Shown here one piece after another: positions 1 through 7,900 of a DNA stretch of 12,324 bases (its first letter is position 1; each line of letters starts with the position of its first letter). The stretch lies in contig CAJWCD010000108.1 in the NCBI GenBank assembly GCA_913020725.1, positions 1 to 12,324 of the forward strand. The letters run 5' to 3'. A program made the position numbers and the translations under genes. Below the pieces are notes generated by a model, which saw only the letters and a program-made list of their open reading frames with translations, made no database searches and was not told the origin of the DNA. The stretch is from an uncultured Pseudomonadota bacterium (GTDB lineage Bacteria > SAR324 > NAC60-12).

Positions 1-51
1 AGTCCGCGAACCAATGTGCGTGCGTTATCGCCTGGCGGGGGTGGGCCGCCT

Positions 52-627
52 TCAGCGCAACAGCAACATGCGCCGCGCCCGCGCCGTCTCCGAAGTGACC
101 AGCTGGTAGAAGTAGACCCCGCTCGACACCGTCGCGCCGCCGGCGTCCCGGCCGTCCCAGTCTACCTGGTGAGTGCCGGCCGCGTGAGTCCCCGACGCGA
201 GGGTTTGCACGCTGCGGCCGAGGACGTCGTGTACGGTGAGCAGGACCGGTGTCGATCGTGCCAGATCGAAGAGAATCCGTGTGCGTGGATTGAAGGGATT
301 GGGCACGTTGGCATGGAGCGAGGCGCCGTCAGTGGCTGGTTGCCGGTTTCCGGCAGCGCCGCGCACGCCCGTCGGAGCGGGGGCGGGCGTGCAGTCGATT
401 GGCCAGACGCGATCCTGTTCGCCAGCTGGGCGCGGGCCGTAGTGTGGCTCCTCGCAACCGAGCTCTACGGCGCCGAGATCCGGCGCCACGCCGGTAAAGC
501 GATCATTGATGCCCGGCAGCCGCTGGCCGGCGTCGACGGCACGGGAGTCGGCGTGCAGAACGAAGGACGGCGCCTGGTGATGCACACGAGGGTCGTCGGG
601 ACCGACGAAACCAGCGGCCGCGTCGTG
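52..627 (-). CDS. 5'-truncated C-terminal fragment of a secreted protein: beta-helix-associated C-terminal motif followed by a FlgD-Ig-like / sorting-type C-terminal domain
   Basis: Translation contains [36 protein letters not shown] (resembles the SPAIDAG...APDLGA.E end of right-handed beta-helix proteins) and [16 protein letters not shown]...[14 protein letters not shown]...[24 protein letters not shown]...RRMLLLR-stop (typical FlgD-Ig-type tail). The ORF-track N-terminus (702..628, [20 protein letters not shown]) is antisense of the TRAP gene and not protein-like, so the real start is missing. Confidence 0.75.
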   Translation of the reverse strand, partial: HDAAAGFVGPDDPRVHHQAPSFVLHADSRAVDAGQRLPGINDRFTGVAPDLGAVELGCEEPHYGPRPAGEQDRVWPIDCTPAPAPTGVRGAAGNRQPATDGASLHANVPNPFNPRTRILFDLARSTPVLLTVHDVLGRSVQTLASGTHAAGTHQVDWDGRDAGGATVSSGVYFYQLVTSETARARRMLLLR

Positions 628-1463
628 GCGGCCACAATGTGACGTCCGCCGCCGCCGTCGGGGTCTTTGCCGTGCTGTACATGGTGGTGGCCTGTTTTGC
701 AACCCGAGAAATCCGCCAAACCCCGTGGAAGGTGGTCAAGGGGTTCATTAGTGGAGGCGACCAGTTTGGGCGTTTGCTGATCGCCCTTGGGGTGGTCGGT
801 GTGGTGCTGGGCGTGTTGTCTGGAACTGGTTTGCCCGTCAAGCTCGCCATTTTAGTGGACAGCGTGATGCAGCAGTCGTTGCTGATGGCCCTGATTGTCA
901 CCGGCTTGGCCGCCCTAGTTTTTGGCATGGGCATGCCCACTCTGCCCGCCTACCTGACGATCATTCTCATCTTGGGGCCAAGTCTCTTGAAGCTGGGGAT
1001 GCCCTTGCTGGTGGCGCACATGTTTGTGTTCTACTTTGGCGTGGCTTCGGCGATCACCCCTCCCGTGTGCATTGCCGCCTACGCCGCCGCCGCGATTGCC
1101 GGGGCGGGGCCGTTGCATACCGGATTCACCGCCTTTCGGATTGGGTTGGCGTTGTTCATCGTGCCTTTTGCCTTTGCCTACTATCCGGAATTGCTGCTGG
1201 TTGATGAGGTGGGCGGTTACGAGTTGCTTCCCCTGCTTTCGATTTGTGTACGACTCGCCCTCGCGCTCTGGTTGCTCAACAGCGCCTTCAGCCGCTACGA
1301 TGCCACCCCGCTCAAGATTCCGGAAGTCCTGCTGCGCTTTGCCCTGACCGTGCTGCTGCTGGTGATTTGGCCATCCGTGCATTGGGCTGCATTTGTGGTC
1401 GCTCTCGTGTTGATTGGCTTCAATCAGTTGCGCTTCCGGCAAGCGGTGGCTGTGACGACCTAG
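627..1463 (+). CDS. 5'-truncated TRAP transporter fused permease (4TM/12TM DctQM fusion, TAXI-type), C-terminal part only
   Basis: Very hydrophobic, with family motifs [41 protein letters not shown] and [15 protein letters not shown]. Only about 279 codons, whereas full fusions are usually over 600 aa. Plausible residues run upstream of the GTG at 639 to [12 protein letters not shown] at about 627, then turn into RNQRPRR. Confidence 0.85.
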   Translation, partial: GGHNVTSAAAVGVFAVLYMVVACFATREIRQTPWKVVKGFISGGDQFGRLLIALGVVGVVLGVLSGTGLPVKLAILVDSVMQQSLLMALIVTGLAALVFGMGMPTLPAYLTIILILGPSLLKLGMPLLVAHMFVFYFGVASAITPPVCIAAYAAAAIAGAGPLHTGFTAFRIGLALFIVPFAFAYYPELLLVDEVGGYELLPLLSICVRLALALWLLNSAFSRYDATPLKIPEVLLRFALTVLLLVIWPSVHWAAFVVALVLIGFNQLRFRQAVAVTT

Positions 1464-1538
1464 CTGGCAGCAGCAGTTGGACTAACCCGCAAGGTTGTAA
1501 TCTGAAGTCGGTGATGAATACTGATCGAGTGACCGACG

Positions 1539-2456
1539 TTATTTTGGCCGATCGGATTGATGAGTTCCCAGCAGAGTGAGGAGCAGGGCTTCTAACTCAG
1601 GATTCTCGAATTTGAAACCGGAGGCTTGCAGCCGGTCGGGCAGCACCCGCAGACTGGCGAGCATGGTGCCTCCAGCCATTTCTCCGAAGATCAGTTTGAG
1701 GATGAATTCCGGGACAGGGAACAGTGTGGGTCGGCGCAAAACTCGTCCGAGGATTTGGGTGAATTGAACATTGGTGACAGGATACGGGGCCGTGAGGTTG
1801 TAAGCACCAGACCACGATCCGGAGGTCAGTGCCTGCGCGAAGGCCCGTGTCACGTCCCATAGCGAAACCCAACTCCAGAACTGCGCTCCGGAACCGAGTT
1901 TGCCACCGAGGCCGAGACGGAACGGCAACAGCATTTTTCTGAGCGCCCCGCCGTGTGGGGCGACCACAAGGCCAGTCCGGAACTGCACGATTCGCGTTTC
2001 GGTTTCCTGCAAGGGTTCCACTGCCGCTTCCCAATCCCGTACCACTCCCGCAAGAAAACCCCGCCCGGAGTCGCTTTGCTCCGAGAGTTCCTCGCTGCCA
2101 CGAGTTCCGTAAATTCCCATCGCCGACGCGCAAATCAGAACTTTCGGAGGTGTCGATTGGGCGGCCAGTCTTTCGCAGAGAAAACGGGTGCCCTCCACCC
2201 GACTCTCCCGGATGCGACATTTTTTTCCGGAAGTCCAGCGTCCGTCCACCGACTCTCCGGCGAGATGCACCACAGCGTCGGAGTCGGCGAGTCGCCCCGC
2301 GTCAATTTCCCGGATTTCCGGATTCCAGTAGCAGGTGTCGTCGGCTTGTGCGGAGCGGGTGCGCACCATGTGGAGTATGGTGTGGCCTTCCTGTCGCAGT
2401 CGCTCGCACAAGGCTTGGCCAATCAATCCGGAAGAACCTGTGACTGCGACACGCAT
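1539..2456 (-). CDS. TIGR01777-family NAD-dependent epimerase/oxidoreductase (YfcH/SDR39U1-like atypical SDR)
   Basis: 305 aa. N-terminal Rossmann motif VAVTGSSGLIG, plus VVHLAGE, RWT..KK.RIRESRV.GT, LICASAMGIYG, GFLA.VVRDWE, GLGGKLGSGAQFWSWV, P.PVTN..FT..LG.VLRRP and S.RVLP.RL...GF.F. Confidence 0.92.
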   Translation of the reverse strand: MRVAVTGSSGLIGQALCERLRQEGHTILHMVRTRSAQADDTCYWNPEIREIDAGRLADSDAVVHLAGESVDGRWTSGKKCRIRESRVEGTRFLCERLAAQSTPPKVLICASAMGIYGTRGSEELSEQSDSGRGFLAGVVRDWEAAVEPLQETETRIVQFRTGLVVAPHGGALRKMLLPFRLGLGGKLGSGAQFWSWVSLWDVTRAFAQALTSGSWSGAYNLTAPYPVTNVQFTQILGRVLRRPTLFPVPEFILKLIFGEMAGGTMLASLRVLPDRLQASGFKFENPELEALLLTLLGTHQSDRPK

Positions 2457-2460
2457 GGGA

Positions 2461-3096
2461 TCAACTCGGTAGAGGAATCGCCTGTCCGCTGGCGGGAACG
2501 TCGTAGCCGCGCTGCACAGCGGGCCGTTTCGCGAGTTCTAGGTACCAGCGTTTCACATTTGGAAAGGAGTGGAGATCCGCTTGATGCCACTCAAAACGCG
2601 AAACCCACGGCCACGAGGCGATGTCCGCGATGGAATACTGCGCTCCGGCGAGGTACGCATTTTCGGCAAGCTGTCGGTCCAACACTCCGTAAAGTCGCTG
2701 GATTTCAGCGCCGAAGCGTTGCTCAGCGTAAGCACTTTTTCCCGGATTGTATTTCAGAAAATGATGCCCCTGCCCACAGATGGGGCCGAGTCCGCCCATT
2801 TGCCACATCAGCCACTCTAGTACCTTGGCGCGGGCCGCTCCGGAAGTCGGCAGCAGTTTTCCGGTTTTCTCGGCGAGGTAGATGAGGATCGCACCGGACT
2901 CCATCAGCGACAGCTCCATTTCTTGGTCATGGAGCCCGGGAATCTTGTTGTTGGGGCTGTGCTTGAGGAATTCCGGGGCAAACTGCTCGTCCTTGGAGAT
3001 GTTGACGGCATGGACGGTGTAGGGCAACTCCAGTTCTTCAAGGGCAATCGAGACCTTGCGGCCATTGGGAGTGGACCAGGTGTAGAGATCAATCAT
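2461..3096 (-). CDS. yfcG: Glutathione S-transferase, Nu-class / YfcG-like GSH-dependent disulfide-bond oxidoreductase
   Basis: 211 aa. MIDLYTWSTPNGRKVSIALEELELPY (TPN motif), QF.PEFL..SPNNKIP, ESGAILIYLAEKTGKLLP, WLMWQMGGLGP..GQ.HHF, YSIADIA.WPW, RPAVQRG. Confidence 0.9.
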   Translation of the reverse strand: MIDLYTWSTPNGRKVSIALEELELPYTVHAVNISKDEQFAPEFLKHSPNNKIPGLHDQEMELSLMESGAILIYLAEKTGKLLPTSGAARAKVLEWLMWQMGGLGPICGQGHHFLKYNPGKSAYAEQRFGAEIQRLYGVLDRQLAENAYLAGAQYSIADIASWPWVSRFEWHQADLHSFPNVKRWYLELAKRPAVQRGYDVPASGQAIPLPS

Positions 3097-3100
3097 GGGT

Positions 3101-4951
3101 TCAAGGATTGTGAAAATAGATTCGTGCCGTCATCCCGGCCCGTAGCACCAACTCTGGATTGGCAGCGCGAATGTAGACCGGAAACTGTTTAGTTTGGGCG
3201 TCTGCTTGGAGACCCACACGATCCACCTTACCCGAAAACTCCCTACCGGGGTAGCCTGGAGTGGTGAACACCACGGACTGTCCATCATGAACTTGCCCCA
3301 AGTCCTCTTCCGGAACCTGAACTTGGATTTCCACCTCGTCCAAGTTGACCAGCTCAAACAGCGGCGCTCCGGAACCAATCACCTCCCCGGTTTCCACCAG
3401 CTTGCGGGTGACAAACCCGGCTCGCTTGGCACGGATGGTGCGGTCGGCGAGAGCCTCCTTGCGGAGAGCAACCTCCTTTTCTGCAAGCTGCACCTGAAGC
3501 TTCGCGCTTTCCAGGCCAAGAGTGGCACGTTTGAGGTCTTGCTCGGAACGCTTGAGCGTGAGTTTGGCGTTCTCGAGGGCAAACTGCGCACCCGCGACAT
3601 CGGACTCTGTGCCTTTGAGCGCAAGTTCTGTATTCATGACTGCGAGTTCTGCACGTTTGAGGTCTTGCTCGGAACGCTTGAGCGCCAACCCCGCATTGGC
3701 CACCGCAAGCTCCATACGCTTGCGGTCTTGCTCCGAGCGTTTGAAGGCAATTTCCGCATTGCTGATTCCAAGTTTGGAGCGGTTGGCATCCTGCTCGGAG
3801 CGTTTGAGGGCAAGTTCGGCATTGGACACTGCGAGTCCGGAGCGCTGGAAATCCTGTTCGGAGCGCTTGAGCGTGATTTCCGCGTTGGCCACCGCAAGTT
3901 TCATGCGCTTGAGATCCTGCTCGGTACTTTTAAGGGTAAGCTGGGCGTTCGCCAAGCTGGTGTGGCCGCGGTTCTGTTCCTGCTGCGTCCGCTTCACTCC
4001 CAACCGTGCATTGTCCACGGCGTACTGTCCCCGAGAAAACTGAAGTTGGAGAGCGTCCAACTGCGACTGCGTGGACGAACCTTGATCGTAAAGCGCCTGC
4101 TCATCCTTGAGGCGGCGTTCAATATCCTTGAGGTTGGTTTCCTGATCCTTGCGGGAATTTTCAGCAATTTCCACCTGCACGGCCAGCAGGCTCAGTTGCT
4201 TTTCCTGATTTGTAAGGTTGTTGTGGCTGACCCCGATCTGTAGCTTGGCTTGCTCGACCTGCTGCTTGCGGTCCTGAAGATTGTTACGGCTGACTTCGAC
4301 TTGGAACTTGGCTTGTTCGACCTGCTGCTTGCGGTCCAGTAGGTTGTTGCGGTTGACCTCGACCTGAAGCATTGCTTGCTCTGCTTGTTGTTTGCGGTCC
4401 AGTAGGTTGTTGCGGTTGACCTCGACCTGAAGCTGAGCCTGCGCGACCTGCTGCTTGCGGTCTTTCAGGTTGTTGCGGTTGACTTCGATTTGAAGCCGGG
4501 CCAATTCCACCTGCTTTTTGCGATCCTCCACATTGTTGACGTTGACCGAAACCTGAGTGCGGGCGAGTTCAAGCTGCCGCTGCCGATCCTGAAGATTGTT
4601 GCGATTGCTCTCGACTTGCAGGGCTACGAGTTGCTTTTGCTGTTCGCGGTCCTGAAGGTTGTTCTGGTTGATCCGGACCTGAAGTTCGGCAACCTCAACC
4701 TGCTGTGCCTGCACAGTGCTCTTGAGGACGAGCAACACCTGATCTTCGGCAACGCGGTCATTCTCCTTGGCCTTGATTTCCAGTACCCGTCCGGGAACAC
4801 TGGACTGCACCCGCAGGGTGTCTGCGGGTTGGATTACTCCGGAAAGCGAAATGCCGCTGCGGAGCGTTTGGGCTTCGGCAATTGACGGGGGGCCGAGCAG
4901 GGGGAATGCCAGCAGCGTGGCAGAACTTGCAAACAGTTGTCTTGGAGTCAT
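3101..4951 (-). CDS. Efflux periplasmic adaptor (membrane fusion protein) with a very long repeat-built alpha-helical hairpin
   Basis: 616 aa. Signal-peptide-like N-terminus ending AEA|Q, first lipoyl half (VQSSVPGRVLEIKAKENDRVAEDQVLLVL), about 425 aa of coiled coil with a central LYDQGSSTQSQLD turn, second lipoyl half (TIRAKRAGFVTRKLVETGEVIGSGAPLFEL), beta-barrel (VPEEDLGQVHDGQSV...FSGKVDRVG..AD..TKQFPV...NP..VLRAGMTARI), then stop. Confidence 0.9.
   Translation of the reverse strand: MTPRQLFASSATLLAFPLLGPPSIAEAQTLRSGISLSGVIQPADTLRVQSSVPGRVLEIKAKENDRVAEDQVLLVLKSTVQAQQVEVAELQVRINQNNLQDREQQKQLVALQVESNRNNLQDRQRQLELARTQVSVNVNNVEDRKKQVELARLQIEVNRNNLKDRKQQVAQAQLQVEVNRNNLLDRKQQAEQAMLQVEVNRNNLLDRKQQVEQAKFQVEVSRNNLQDRKQQVEQAKLQIGVSHNNLTNQEKQLSLLAVQVEIAENSRKDQETNLKDIERRLKDEQALYDQGSSTQSQLDALQLQFSRGQYAVDNARLGVKRTQQEQNRGHTSLANAQLTLKSTEQDLKRMKLAVANAEITLKRSEQDFQRSGLAVSNAELALKRSEQDANRSKLGISNAEIAFKRSEQDRKRMELAVANAGLALKRSEQDLKRAELAVMNTELALKGTESDVAGAQFALENAKLTLKRSEQDLKRATLGLESAKLQVQLAEKEVALRKEALADRTIRAKRAGFVTRKLVETGEVIGSGAPLFELVNLDEVEIQVQVPEEDLGQVHDGQSVVFTTPGYPGREFSGKVDRVGLQADAQTKQFPVYIRAANPELVLRAGMTARIYFHNP
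3458..4024 (-). repeat. Intragenic 63-bp (21-aa) tandem repeat family B, about 9 copies, consensus LAVANAELALKRSEQDLKRxE (descending hairpin arm, aa 310-498)
   Basis: Units read directly: YAVDNARLGVKRTQQEQNRGH / TSLANAQLTLKSTEQDLKRMK / LAVANAEITLKRSEQDFQRSG / LAVSNAELALKRSEQDANRSK / LGISNAEIAFKRSEQDRKRME / LAVANAGLALKRSEQDLKRAE / LAVMNTELALKGTESDVAGAQ / FALENAKLTLKRSEQDLKRAT / LGLESAKLQVQLAEKEVALRK (outer units degenerate). An exact 34-bp match lies at 3525-3558 and 3651-3684 (126 bp apart). Confidence 0.93.
4139..4705 (-). repeat. Intragenic 63-bp (21-aa) tandem repeat family A, about 9 copies, consensus QQVEQAKLQVEVNRNNLxDRK (ascending hairpin arm, aa 83-271)
   Basis: Units read directly: QQVEVAELQVRINQNNLQDRE / QQKQLVALQVESNRNNLQDRQ / RQLELARTQVSVNVNNVEDRK / KQVELARLQIEVNRNNLKDRK / QQVAQAQLQVEVNRNNLLDRK / QQAEQAMLQVEVNRNNLLDRK / QQVEQAKFQVEVSRNNLQDRK / QQVEQAKLQIGVSHNNLTNQE / KQLSLLAVQVEIAENSRKDQE (last unit degenerate). 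An exact 42-bp match lies at 4329-4370 and 4392-4433 (63 bp apart). Confidence 0.93.
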
Positions 4952-4988
4952 GATCTTTTCTGGACTGGTTGAAAGGGTTGTTTAATGA

Positions 4989-7900
4989 TCAGGCCGCCTC
5001 TGCTGTTTCAGTCTGGACAGGCTCCGAAACGGGCTTGGGCTTGCGTTTGAAAAGGCGTCCAAACCACTCCTTGCCCCCCTCGATGAGGGAGTAGAGGGCC
5101 GGGACGACAAAGAGCGTGAGCAGCGTCGCAACGCCGAGTCCGTACATGATCGCCAGCGCCATCGACTTCCAGAACGAGGCGCTCTCTGCTCCAAAGACGA
5201 CGATGGGATCGCGGGTGAAACTGATGTCCATGCCGAGTGCCATCGGTAGCAGTCCAAGGATGGTGGTGATTGCAGTCAGCAACACGGGGCGGAAGCGCAC
5301 GGCTCCGGCGAGCACGACGGCCTCGTTGCGGTCGTAGCCCTGACGGCGGAGCGCCTGCACAAAATCGAGCATGACGATGGCGTTGTTGACGACAATCCCG
5401 GCAAGTGCGACTGTGCCAATCCCGGTCATTATGATGCCGAAAGGACGGTCATGGACGATGAGTCCAAGCAGCACGCCCATGATGGACATGAACACAGAGG
5501 TCAGCACAATTAGGGGCAGGGCAATCGAGTTGAACTGCGCGACCATGACCACGAAGATGAGGAAGACGGCAACAATCATCGACTGTCCGATGAACGCTTG
5601 CATCACCCGCTGTTCCTTGTTCTCCCCCGTGAAGCTGTAGGTGATTCCGGAAGGAAGTTCGAGCCCTGCCAGCTTTTTCTGTGCGATTTTCACCAAGACG
5701 GGGCCGGGCACCTTGAAGGCGTCTCCGGAAATGGTGATCACGCGGTTGGTCTCCACATGCCGGATGGCGCCGTAGGAGGGACCGGTGCGCACTTCGGCGA
5801 TTTCACTGAGCCTCACAAGATCGCCACTCGGAGTGTGGATGTAGAGCGAGCCGAGGTCGGTCGCAGTCTTCCGGAAGCTTTGTTCGAGTTGCACCACAAT
5901 GTCGTACTCGTCCTGGCCATCCCGGAACACAGAAACCTTTTTGCCGTTGAAGGCCGTGCGGACCGTGCTGGCGATTTCGCGGGCGCGCAGTCCCAGCCGA
6001 GCCGCCTTGTCGCGGTTGATGATCACCTTGACCTCGGGGCGGCTGCGGTCAAAATTGTCGGTCAGGTCCACCAGTCCCGGAATGTTCTTGATGCGCCGCT
6101 TGATGGCTTCGACGGTTTGCAGCATGGTGGGGTAGTCCTCGCCGCGCACCTCGATGTTCAGCGGGGCGCCCGTGGGTGGTCCCATTTGCTGTTCGCCGAG
6201 TTTGACCTCAACGCCGACCATGCCCTCCAGCTTTTTGCGGAGTTCTGTCACAACCTTGGTAGGCAGCATCACCCAGTTTTCCCAATCCGGAAACGCCAGC
6301 ACCACATGGCTCTTGTGGGTAGCGGCCCCGCCGAAGCCACGCGAACGCCCGACATTGGCGACCACGGCGTTCAGGCTGGGCTGGTAGTCCTCAAGATAGC
6401 CTTCCACTTCCTGCACATAATCGTCTGAAACGGCCAGAGTCGTTCCGGTCGGCGCCGCCATACTGACGACCACCTCTTCCGGCTCGCCCTTGGGAAAAAA
6501 CTCAATGCCCTTGCGCGGGAAAGTGTAGTTTCCATAGACAAAGAAGGTGCCGATGAAAAGCCCGATGAAGACGGCAATCGTGAGCAACCGCGCCCGCAAA
6601 ACTCCACGCAGCACTTTTTTGTAACTGCGGAGGATACGGGAGTGGTCCACGAGTTTGAGGTCGTCCGGGTCGGCGCCCTGTTGGGGCTTGACTCGCAGCA
6701 GAGTCGAGGCCAGCACGGGATTGATGAAGAGCGCGACGACGAGTGACGAGAACAAGGTGATGATCAGCGTTTGCGGCAGGTACGAGATGAACTCTCCTGC
6801 GATTCCGGGCATGAAGATGAGTGGGAAAAAAGCGGCAACCGTTGTGATGGTCGAGGTGGTCACGGGCAGGGTGATTTCCTGCACACCCAGCATGGCGGCT
6901 TCGATGCGGTTTTTTCCGGACTGCCGATGTCGGAAGATGTTCTCGACCACCACAATCGCGTTGTCCACCAACAGCCCCAGCGCAAGAATCAGGCTGAAGA
7001 GGACGACGATGTTGAGGGTGTAGCCCATGGCTTCCATCACGATCATGCTTAATAGGAAAGAAAGCGGGATCGCCGTGGCGACGAGCAGGGCGTTGGTGGC
7101 ACCCATCACCACTAGCAGCACCAACAGCACCAGGACAAAACCGCTGAGGATGTTGTTCTCCAAGTCCTTGACGATGCGCTGCACTCGTTTTCCTGCGTCC
7201 GAGAGGATCGTGAATTTGACTTCACCCTGATAACGCTGCTCCACTTGCCCCAGAATCTTCAGCACGTCATTCCGGATCGCCAACAGGTTTTCGCCGCTGC
7301 GCTTGACGACGCTCAGCGAGATGGATTCCAATCCGTCCAGTCGGGATTTGGTGGTGATTTCTTTGAAACCAAAGACGACGTTGGCCACGTCCTGCACACG
7401 CACCGGTACTTGTCCGGGGGCGGAGATGAGGGCATCGTTGATGCCCTCCGGGGTCTCGAATTCTCCGGGGACGCGGATGAGGTACTTCGTCGGCCCCATC
7501 GTGACGGTGCCGCCCGGAAGGTTGGTGTTCTCGCTGCTGATCGCGCTGGAGATTTGGTTGAGGTCGAGCTGGTAGTAGCTGAGCTTGTCCAGATTCACAT
7601 ACACGCGGATCTCGCGCTCCAGCCCACCTGCCCGCTGCACTTCGAGGATGCCCGGAATGCCCTCGATTTCCTCCTTCACGTCCTCGGCAATGTCCGTCAG
7701 TCGCAACAGGCCCATCTCGCCTGCGAGGTTGACGATCATCAGTGGCTGCTCGGAGAGGTTGATTTCTGAAATAATGAAGTCCTCCACATCATCCGGGAAG
7801 TCCGGCTTGATGGAGTCCATCACCTCCCGGACCTTGGTGCGGGCCTCGCTGATGTCGAAATCAGAGGTGAATTCGAGGGTTAGGGTGGAGGCTCCCTCCG

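Noticed and set aside
16..642. 208-aa plus-strand ORF
   Set aside because: It is antisense to the recognisable FlgD-tailed coding fragment, has no family motifs, and is expected in GC-rich DNA.
639..1463. TRAP ORF as a complete 274-aa gene starting at the GTG at 639
   Set aside because: There is no SD or promoter space, family-like residues continue upstream of the GTG, and more than half of the expected protein is missing.
1953..2885. 310-aa plus-strand ORF and other overlapping ORFs across TIGR01777/GST
   Set aside because: They are antisense to two well-supported genes and give Arg-rich, motif-free translations.
3458..4705. 63-bp periodic arrays as a CRISPR array
   Set aside because: The units are in-frame coding repeats with codon-position variation. 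There is no invariant repeat plus unique spacer structure and no cas genes.
3194..4885. Long plus-strand ORFs (3194..4243, 3522..4043, 4490..4885) with repetitive translations
   Set aside because: They are antisense shadows of the adaptor gene, and their periodicity simply mirrors its repeats.
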